NCBI RefSeq assembly: GCF_000150275.1
Contig: NW_002061132.1
Coordinates: 1 to 8,115, forward strand
Source of the DNA: Trichoplax adhaerens
Lineage: Eukaryota > Animalia > Placozoa
Length of the DNA: 8,115 nucleotides
Reading direction: 5' to 3'
Position numbers and translations under genes: made by a program. The notes under the pieces are model-generated. The model was not told where the DNA came from, did not search any database, and saw nothing but the letters and a program-made list of their open reading frames with translations. Below, piece after piece: positions 1 to 7,703 of this stretch. Position 1 is the stretch's first letter. Every line of letters begins with the position of its first letter.

Positions 1-787
1 GAGAGCACCCGTGATGGAGTACTCTAGTGTAGTAGAGTGTATAAAACACAGTCAGTGACAAGAGCTCCTTGACAGGCAGAATCAGCTGGCTGATGACACA
101 ATATGAACATTGCTTTTAGTCCGAAGTAGACCTGTGTACTGCTACGTGACCTTTTGCCGGTGTGACGTCATACCGGCAGTATTGGATGGCCAGTAGTGAC
201 ATTACTTTTGCTAGTGATAGACAGGACTGATGAACTTGCGCTGTAATTAAACTCATCAGTCGCTGTATCACGTCGGTGTAGCACTCTACTGTGGTACTGT
301 GATACTGGACTGCACGATTGCTGCCTATACTGCTGTAAAAGTAGTTTCAAGTCCTTGCCTTGCAAAAAGAATGTCACCATTGAATGGATGCAATTTCCTC
401 CTCCACAGTGCTTGTAAAAAGTAAATAAGGAACAGCAAAAGTGGCTGGAAATAAATCTCATCCAGATAATGTCCTAATATCCGCAAGGGTACGAGTGATG
501 AACAGCTAGGATGGTTAAGACTAAACATCATCTTACTCCAACAACGTCATTGTAATTGCCAATGGCATTCTTACAAATCCTTTTACTGAACATTTCCTAA
601 ATTGCAAGTTGCAGCTTATAGCATACCGTAAATAAAGAGAGAATAACCTATTCCCGAAGCAACTTTTGATTGCCCAGTACTGAACACTATTAAATGATGG
701 CACTATTTAACTACGTTATTGCAATTTCCAATGGCATTCTTACAAATCCTTTTACTCATCATTTCCTAGATTGCAAGTTGCGGTTTA

Positions 788-878
788 CAAAAATGTGTAA
801 AATAGATGTCGTATTTTTTTCTTCGTGCAACACTGGAAACGAGGCCGAAGCTAACGACATCTGTTTTACACCTAGGTG
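788..878. mobile_element. ~90 bp Tc1/mariner-type MITE-like insertion (TA target duplication), copy 1
   Basis: TA|CAAAAATGTGTAAAATAGATGTCGT...ACGACATCTGTTTTACACCTAGGTG|TA; the 25-bp ends are inverted repeats matching at 20/25. The empty site GCAGTT-TA-TAGTTTAGC is seen at ~2115-2131. Confidence 0.7.
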
Positions 879-1058
879 TATAGTTTAGCATACCGTAAAT
901 AAAGAGAGAATAACCTATTCCCTAAGCAGCTTTTAATTGCCTAGTACTGAACACTATTAAATGATGGCACTATTTAACTACGTTATTGCAATTTCCAATG
1001 GCATTCTTACAAATCCTTTTACTGGTTGGTCATTTCCTAGATTGCAAGTTGCAGTTTA

Positions 1059-1148
1059 CAAAAATGTGTAAAATAGATGTCGTATTTTTTCTTCGTGCAA
1101 CACTGGAAACGAGGCCGAAGCTAACGACATCTGTTTTACACCTAGGTG
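1059..1148. mobile_element. MITE-like insertion, copy 2
   Basis: Same TA-flanked inverted-repeat element and same internal variant as copy 1. Confidence 0.7.
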
Positions 1149-1324
1149 TATAGTTTAGCATACCGTAAATAAAGAGAGAATAACCTATTCCCGAAGCAGC
1201 TTTTAATTGCCCAGTACTGAACACTATTAAATGATGGCACCATTTAACTACGTTATTGCAATTTCCAATGGCATTCTTACAAATCCTTTTACTCATCATT
1301 TCCTAGATTGCAAGTTGCAGTTTA

Positions 1325-1414
1325 CAAAAATGTGTAAAATACATGTCGTATTTTTTCTTGGTGCTATAATGGAAACGAGGCTAAAGCTAGCGACATCTGT
1401 TTTACATCTAGGTG
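1325..1414. mobile_element. MITE-like insertion, copy 3
   Basis: Same element with the second internal variant (CTTGGTGCTATAATGG). Confidence 0.7.
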
Positions 1415-1590
1415 TATAGTTTAGCATACCGTAAATAAAGAGAGAATAACCTATTCCCGAAGCAGCTTTTGATTGCCCAGTACTGAACATTATAAAATGA
1501 TGGCACCATCTAACAACGTTATTGCAATTTCCAATGGCATTCTTACAAATCCTTTTACTGGTCATTTCCTAGATTGTAAGTTGCAGTTTA

Positions 1591-1681
1591 CAAAAATGTG
1601 TAAAATAGATGTCGTATTTTTTCTTGGTGCTATAATGGAAACGAGGCCCAAAGCTAACGACATCAGTTTTACATCTAGGTG
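1591..1681. mobile_element. MITE-like insertion, copy 4
   Basis: Same element with the second internal variant. Confidence 0.7.
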
Positions 1682-1857
1682 TATAGTTTAGCATACCGTA
1701 AATAAAGAGAGAATAACCTATTCCCTAAGCAGCTTTTAAATGGTGCCATCATTTAATAGTGTTCAGTACTGGGCAATTAACTACGTTATTGCAATTTCCA
1801 ATGGCATTCTTACAAATCCTTTTACTCATCATTTCCTAGATTGCAAGTTGCAGTTTA

Positions 1858-1946
1858 CAAAAATGCGTAAAATAGATGGCGCATTTTTCTTGGTACTATA
1901 ATGGAAACGAGGCCAAAGCTAACGACATCTGTTTTACATCTAGGTG
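1858..1946. mobile_element. MITE-like insertion, copy 5
   Basis: Same element with the second internal variant and a slightly more degenerate left arm. Confidence 0.68.
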
Positions 1947-3016
1947 TATAGTTTAGCATACCGTAAATAAAGAGAGAATAACCTATTCCCTAAGCAGCTT
2001 TTGATTGCCTGGCACTGAACTAGACCTGAGAAAGGTTCGGTTAAACAACGTTATTGCATTTTCCAATGGCATCCTTACAAATCCTTTTACTGATCATTTC
2101 CTAGATTGCAAGTTGCAGTTTATAGTTTAGCATACATTAAATAAATAGAGAATAACCTATTCCCTAGGCAGCTTTTGATTGCGCCAGTACTGAACACTAT
2201 AAAAAATGATGGTACCATTTCATCCTTGTCATTGCTTCTCCCTTCCCTTTCAAAAGGCTTGACCAAGGTTGCGAATGATTTCTATGCTCTAGGTATGTGA
2301 TATACGTGTAAGCACCCATCTTAGTTTACTCCAGGAAAATATACTGCAATGGTACGGGCAACTCCAGTTTGTACATTAAAATTAAAGGGAAATGGTTGTC
2401 CAGTATCATTCCGTAGTGATGCTGCAATAATATCCAACTGCAACGCTTCGATTGACGATGAAAGTCGAAAAATAAAATTCTCTAGCAACTCAGTTCACTT
2501 TCTCATTGTAGTGATAGGGAAATGAAGGTTGATTTGTAGAAGAAGCAAGTTAATGCGATATGGCTTAATCTATAAGTACGAGAATCCAACGAGATGCAAA
2601 CATGAAACAGTCATGATGTTCGTTCATTTCGTTATGTCAATACAGTCTTTCTGCATGGTCCAAAGATCTACAAACTGACTTATATAGGGTCTATAAACGA
2701 CAGTGCAGTAGAATGTGGATGATCAATATGGCTTAGCGAAAAGTAACTCATGTTAAAGAACGCCAATAAGCTGGTTAGGAGGTTTACGTAGACAACCGTT
2801 ATCGTCATGACCCTCAGAGTTGTCCAGGCTTGATTTCTCTCTATGCTCTATTCGTATTTCGTATAAAAAAAAATTCACATTCCAGTAAAAAAGCGATGGG
2901 TTGCTTCTCATCCACAAATAAGGCTTGCAACGATCATTTTCCACCTCAGCTCAGCCTTGAAGGAGTGCTGTGTAGGACGAATAGCTAATCTAGTAACGTA
3001 CTAAGCCGGAAAGGAA

Positions 3017-3423
3017 CCCTTTTATCACAGCATGAATTCAATTCATACGACTGTCATTCTAAATAACTCTCTTTAATCAATAACAGATAGTCCATCATCG
3101 ATGCAAAACATGAAAATCATGTTCAAGTACGAGCATGAGCTCAGACAGTCAACAAGGTATCCATGAGGAATAAACCTGAAGCGAACGTAGGTGTTTATTT
3201 TATCGCTAAATACATTAAATTGACCATTAATAATTCAACAATTATTCCATTCAATCAGTTTCGTTCAGTCTACTTACAGTCACTGATAGACTAGAGTACG
3301 TTTAATAATATGGAAGGCAGAGTAAAACGATCAATTAAATCCACATTTCTACCAATACCAGTGCTGCGGTAAGAAGTTTACAACAATTTGCCCTTACATC
3401 TTCCATTACCGTCGTCAAAAGGG
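3017..3423. mobile_element. Paralogous putative piggyBac-like element (407 bp) directly 3' of gene A
   Basis: Homologous to 6318-6719. The right end is identical (CGTCAAAAGGG|TTAT); the left end is degenerate (GGAA|CCCTTTTATCA). Confidence 0.42.
3194..3199 (-). promoter_or_regulatory. Candidate polyadenylation signal AATAAA for gene A
   Basis: TTTATT on the + strand, ~230 nt past the stop codon and conserved in copy B. The AT-rich background makes chance occurrence possible. Confidence 0.3.
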
Positions 3424-3426
3424 TTA

Positions 3427-4407
3427 TTAATGGTTTTTGCAAAGTCCAGTCATCTCTTCACTTAGTTCCCACAATTTTTTAGCAGCTCCATCATCACGTC
3501 CTTGTGGTGCACACTTTGCTTCTCGACAATCGGCAAAGTACTTACCGGTAACACCATCGATAGATTCATCGATTGCACAATAAATTGATGTTTGAGCTCC
3601 TTGCTTTGTCGTTTTTATGAAAAGCCAATAAAGAGGCTGTACTAGAATGTTCAAGAAGCTGTTTTGATAGATTGATAAATGACGAGCAATATCAGTCTTG
3701 ACTGCACCTGGATGTAATGAATTAGCTGTCACACCAGTCCCTTGTAATCTTCTAGCTAACTCATGTGTAAATAAGACATTGGCCAGTTTACTATGGAAAT
3801 AAGCCGTGTAAGAATTGTAATTTTTCTTGCCATTTAAATCATCGAAATTCATCTTGCCAAAGGAATGCAGTTTGGCTGATACTACAACGATCCTACTTGG
3901 TGCACATGCCTTTAACTTATCCAACAATAAATTGGTTAATAAGAAATGGCCTAAATGGTTGGTTCCAAATTGCATTTCAAATCCGTCTTCAGTCTCCATA
4001 TACGGACACCATAAAACACCAGCATTGTTAATTAAAATATCCAAACGATCTTCATTCTCGTTAAAATGATTAGCAAAATGACGTATGGATTGAAATGATG
4101 CTAGATCGAGCTTTTGAAAGACAACTTGAGTATTACCGCTTAATTGAATAATTTCTTTGGCAGCTGTCGTCCCTTTACTTTCATTACGACAAGCTACAAT
4201 AATTCTAGCGCCTCGTTTAGCTAAATCAATGGCCGTTTCTTTCCCAATACCAGTGTTGGCTCCAGTAATAATGACTGTCTTGTTATCCAGACGAGCTTTA
4301 CTTCGACAGATACTACCTTGCACAAAATATCGTAGTAGTATAAGAGAAATCGCAGTGATACCAACAACAGCAGCAATTTCAGGAGTCGATGGCATGTTGA
4401 CCATCAT
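3427..4407 (-). CDS. Retinol dehydrogenase 11/12/13/14-like classical SDR, copy A (326 aa; catalytic Ser position is Ala)
   Basis: Uninterrupted ORF with TGANTGIG (TGxxxGxG), ACR after beta2 (basic residue, NADP(H) type), LINNAG, FGTNHLGHF, YFHSK (YxxxK), LHPGAVKT and C-terminal AKKLWELSE. It has an N-terminal hydrophobic anchor. The start is placed at the first ATG (MMVNMP, 4407) rather than the TTG at 4425, because high identity with copy B ends just upstream of that ATG. Confidence 0.93.
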   Translation of the reverse strand: MMVNMPSTPEIAAVVGITAISLILLRYFVQGSICRSKARLDNKTVIITGANTGIGKETAIDLAKRGARIIVACRNESKGTTAAKEIIQLSGNTQVVFQKLDLASFQSIRHFANHFNENEDRLDILINNAGVLWCPYMETEDGFEMQFGTNHLGHFLLTNLLLDKLKACAPSRIVVVSAKLHSFGKMNFDDLNGKKNYNSYTAYFHSKLANVLFTHELARRLQGTGVTANSLHPGAVKTDIARHLSIYQNSFLNILVQPLYWLFIKTTKQGAQTSIYCAIDESIDGVTGKYFADCREAKCAPQGRDDGAAKKLWELSEEMTGLCKNH

Positions 4408-4828
4408 TGAGTTCAGCAATTTCAATGTCGGTGTTAGGGTGGATTTTCTTACTAAAATACGCTACTTTCTCCTGCACTATTGGAATCGATTTAGTACATT
4501 ATTGAACTGCCGGTGAGTGGAAAACAACAGTTGAAAATAGGTACAGTCGAGTATTGATTTCTTCAGCGATGTTTACTGTTACGATGAGACAGACAATACA
4601 AATGCACAAATTCTACCATACTGTATAGTATATACGCGTATTTAGATTCATGACCTTTTTACTGCACGTCTAAAAAATCTGTTCATGGAGTTTATACTAA
4701 TTACAGTGTAGTTTGCAACTTCTAAGTTGGAATAGTTGCTGTTTCTGCTAGGTACTACAGTCTTGACCTTGAGAAGAAATCTACTGAGAATTTCATATGC
4801 AACCCTTTAGCAGGCAATTGAATAGCTA

Positions 4829-4868
4829 TTGACTAACAAATTGACTAACTAACCGACTAACTAACTAA
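4829..4868. repeat. Imperfect (ACTA)n microsatellite (also present in the gap-flanking duplicate at 5187-5226)
   Basis: TTGACTAACAAATTGACTAACTAACCGACTAACTAACTAA. Confidence 0.75.
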
Positions 4869-5014
4869 AAAGTGGTTTTCAGGCACCGGCCTTTTATAGT
4901 CTCGTCAGCAACTCCTGGTGCACATAAAGTAAAATTATCCTTCTAAAGCGATAGAAATTAATATAAATATTGCCATTAAGGACTTCATAGATTGGAAGTT
5001 TATGTTGATATTTT

Positions 5015-5064
5015 NNNNNNNNNNNNNNNNNNNNNNNNNNNNNNNNNNNNNNNNNNNNNNNNNN
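5015..5064. other. Assembly gap (50 N)
   Basis: Run of 50 N. Confidence 0.99.
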
Positions 5065-5340
5065 TGTAGTTTGCAACTTCTAAGTTGGAATAGTTGCTGT
5101 TTCTGCTAGGTACTACAGTCTTGACCTTGAGAAGAAATCTACTGAGAATTTCATATGCAACCCTTTAGCAGGCAATTGAATAGCTATTGACTAACAAATT
5201 GACTAACTAACCGACTAACTAACTAAAAAGTGGTTTTCAGGCACCGGCCTTTTATAGTCTCGTCAGCAACTCCTGGTGCACATAAAGTAAAATTATCCTT
5301 CTAAAGCGATAGAAATTAATATAAATATTGCCATTAAGGA

Positions 5341-6155
5341 CTTCATAGATTGGAAGTTTATGTTGATATTTTAGCATACTGTCAATAAGGAGAGAAGAAC
5401 TTATTCTTAAGCTGCTTTTGACTGCCCTACTACTAAACACTATAAAAATGATGGTATCATTGAACAATGTCATTGCAATTTCTAATGGCATTCTTACAAA
5501 TCCTTTTACTCATCATTTCCTAGGTTGCAAGTTGCAGTTGCTATTTTGGCATACAGTCAATAAAGAGAGAATAACCTATTTCCTAAGTGATTGCCCCGGT
5601 ACTGAACTAGACCTGAGAAACGTTCGGTTAACAACATTGTTGCAATTTCCAATGGCATCCTTACAAATCCTTTTACTGATCATTTCCTAGATTGCAAGTT
5701 GCAGTTTATATTTTAGCATAATGTAAATAAAGAGAGAACTTATTCCCTAGGCAGCTGTTGATTGCCCTAGTGCTGAACACTATAAAAATGATGGTATCAT
5801 TTGACAACGTTATTGCAATTTCCAACGGCATTCTTACAAATCCTTTTACTGATCATTTCCTAGATTGCAAGTTGCAGTTTATATTTTAGCATATTGTAAA
5901 TAAAGAGAGAAGAACTTATTCCCTAGGCAGCTTTTGATTGCCCTAGTGCTGAACACTATAAATGTGATGGTACCATTTGACAACGTTATTGCAATTTCCA
6001 ACGGCATTCTTACAAATCCTTTTACTGATCATTTCCTAGATTGCAAGTTGCAGTTTATATTTTAGCATACAGTAAATAAAGAGAGAATGACCTCTTTCCT
6101 AAACAGCTTTTGGTTGCCTCAGAGTTGAACACTATAAAAACGATGGTACCATTTC
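5341..6155. repeat. Tandem minisatellite array 2: ~4.5 short units (~167-176 bp) of the same family, no MITE
   Basis: The same anchor occurs at 5484, 5651, 5824 and 6000, with a degenerate partial unit from ~5341. It ends in the same ATGGTACCATTTCATCCTTGTCATTGC junction as array 1. Confidence 0.93.
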
Positions 6156-6317
6156 ATCCTTGTCATTGCTGCTCCCTTCCCTTTCAAAAGGCTTGACAAG
6201 GATGCGAATGATTTCTAGGCTCTGGGTCAGTGATATACTTGTAAACACCCATCTTAGTTTACTCCAGGAAAATATACTGCAATATTACGGTACGGGCAAC
6301 TCCAGTTTGTACCTTAA

Positions 6318-6719
6318 CCCTTTTAACGCAGCATGAATTCAATTCATGCGACTGTCATTCTAAATAACTCTCTTTAATCAATAACAGATAGTCCATCATC
6401 GATGCAAAACATGAAAATCATGTTCAAGTACGAGCATGAGCTCAGACAGTCAACAGGGTATCCATGAGGAATAAATCTGAAGCGAACATAGGTGTTTATT
6501 TTATCGCTAAATACATTAAATGGACCATTAATAATTCAATAATCATTGCATTCAATTAGTTTCGTTTAGTCTACATACAGTCACTGATAGACTACGTTTA
6601 ATAATATGGAAGGCAGAGTAAAACGATCAATTAAATCCACATTTCTACCAATACCAGTGCTGCGGTGAGAAGTTTACAACAATTTGCCCTTACATCTTCC
6701 ATTACCGTCGTCAAAAGGG
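6318..6719. mobile_element. Putative non-autonomous piggyBac-like element (402 bp) directly 3' of gene B
   Basis: TTAA|CCCTTTTAACG ... CGTCAAAAGGG|TTAT: the terminal inverted repeat matches at 10/11, begins with CCC, and has TTAA/TTAT flanks. There is a subterminal palindrome GCATGAATT-C-AATTCATGC at 6331-6349. Confidence 0.5.
6495..6500 (-). promoter_or_regulatory. Candidate polyadenylation signal AATAAA for gene B
   Basis: TTTATT on the + strand, ~225 nt past the stop codon. Confidence 0.3.
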
Positions 6720-6722
6720 TTA

Positions 6723-7703
6723 TTAATGGTTTTTGCAAAGTCCAGTCATCTCTTCACTTAGTTCCCACAATTTTTTAGCAGCTCCATCATCACGTCCTTG
6801 TGGTGCACACTTTGCTTCTCGACAATCGGCAAAGTACTTACCGGTAACACCATCGATAGATTCATCGATTGCACAATAAATTGATGTTTGTGCTCCTTGC
6901 TTTGCCGTTTTCATGAAAAGCCAATAAAGAGGCTGTACTAGAATGTTCAAGAAGCTGTTTTGATAGATTGATAAATGACGAGCAATATCAGTCTTGACTG
7001 CACCTGGATGTAATGAATTAGCTGTCACACCAGTCCCTTGTAATCTTCTAGCTAATTCATGTGCAAATAAGACATTGGCCAGTTTACTATGGAAATAAGC
7101 CGTGTAAGAATTGTAATTTTTCTTGCCATTTAAATCATCGAAATTCATCTTGCCATGGAAATGCGCTTGTGATGATACTACAACGATCCTAGTTGGTGCA
7201 CATGCCTTTAACTTATCCAACAATAAATTGGTTAATAAGAAATGGCCTAAATGGTTGGTTCCAAATTGCATTTCAAATCCGTCTTCAGTCTCCATATACG
7301 GACACCATAAAACGCCAGCATTATTAATTAAAATATCCAGACGATCTTCATTCTCGTTAAAATGATTAGCAAAATGACGTATGGATTGAAATGATGCTAG
7401 ATCGAGCTTTCGAAAGACAACTTGAGTATTACCGCTTAATTGAATAATTTCTTTGGCAGCTGTCGTCCCTTTACTTTCATTACGACAAGCTACAATAATT
7501 CTAGCGCCTCGTTTAGCTAAATCAATGGCCGTTTCTTTCCCGATGCCAGTGTTGGCTCCAGTAATAATGACTGTCTTGTTATCCAGACGAGCTTTACTAC
7601 GACAGATACCACCTTGCACAAAATATCGTAGTAGTCCGAAAGAAATCGCAGTGATACCAACAACAGCAGCAATTTCAGGAGTCGATGGCATGTTGACCAT
7701 CAT
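6723..7703 (-). CDS. Retinol dehydrogenase 11/12/13/14-like classical SDR, copy B (326 aa; canonical active site)
   Basis: Same motifs as copy A, with an intact RIVVVSSQAH and YFHSK. It is offset from copy A by exactly 3296 bp and shows 13 aa differences by manual comparison. First ATG is at 7703. Confidence 0.95.
   Translation of the reverse strand: MMVNMPSTPEIAAVVGITAISFGLLRYFVQGGICRSKARLDNKTVIITGANTGIGKETAIDLAKRGARIIVACRNESKGTTAAKEIIQLSGNTQVVFRKLDLASFQSIRHFANHFNENEDRLDILINNAGVLWCPYMETEDGFEMQFGTNHLGHFLLTNLLLDKLKACAPTRIVVVSSQAHFHGKMNFDDLNGKKNYNSYTAYFHSKLANVLFAHELARRLQGTGVTANSLHPGAVKTDIARHLSIYQNSFLNILVQPLYWLFMKTAKQGAQTSIYCAIDESIDGVTGKYFADCREAKCAPQGRDDGAAKKLWELSEEMTGLCKNH

Larger units (their letters stand above)
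541..2220. repeat. Tandem minisatellite array 1: 7 units (two short ~170 bp units flanking five ~266 bp units)
   Basis: The anchor AATGGCAT(T/C)CTTACAAATCCTTTTACT starts at 561, 730, 997, 1267, 1533, 1800 and 2065, giving spacings of 169, 267, 270, 266, 267 and 265. Confidence 0.95.
2021..4432. repeat. Segmental duplication copy A (paralog of ~5608-7728; homology extends leftward into the arrays)
   Basis: Colinear high identity across the array end, spacer, 3' flank and CDS, apart from a 637-bp indel (2378-3014) and a different repeat unit number. Confidence 0.92.
4707..5372. repeat. Exact 308-bp direct repeat on both sides of the gap (4707-5014 = 5065-5372), probably an unmerged contig overlap
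   Basis: The two sequences are identical by eye, and the repeat boundaries coincide exactly with the gap edges. Confidence 0.9.

Noticed and set aside
168-531. Minus-strand ORFs 168-461 and 325-531
   Set aside because: They are short and overlap in different frames, with no recognisable motif.
694-1691. Short ORFs on both strands in array 1 (also 5252-5491 and 5418-5690)
   Set aside because: They are by-products of the tandem repeat. Frames shift between units through indels such as the T-run length and the TGGT duplication, and no domain is recognisable.
541-2220. CRISPR array or integron attC cassette array
   Set aside because: Whole units are repeated with no unique spacers or cassette ORFs. 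There is no cas or integrase gene, and the context is eukaryotic.
2753-2944. 63-aa ORF inside the copy-A-specific segment
   Set aside because: It is short, has a non-ATG start, and shows no recognisable similarity.
4408-4425. N-terminal extensions from TTG starts (4425 and 7751)
   Set aside because: These are non-ATG starts in a eukaryotic context and are not conserved between paralogs. The shared ATG at 4407/7703 is preferred.
3827-4516. + strand ORFs 3827-4069 and 4157-4516 (and 7123-7365, 7453-7755)
   Set aside because: They are antisense shadows of the SDR coding sequence with non-ATG starts and no independent support.
4894-5076. ORF spanning the N gap
   Set aside because: It is an artefact of translating through Ns.
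5789-5858. Box C/D snoRNA-like pattern in repeat units (ATGATGG ... CTGA)
   Set aside because: Box C is non-consensus, and CTGA is replaced by CTCA or CTGG in many units. The AAATGAT/ATCATTT pairing overlaps the boxes rather than flanking them.
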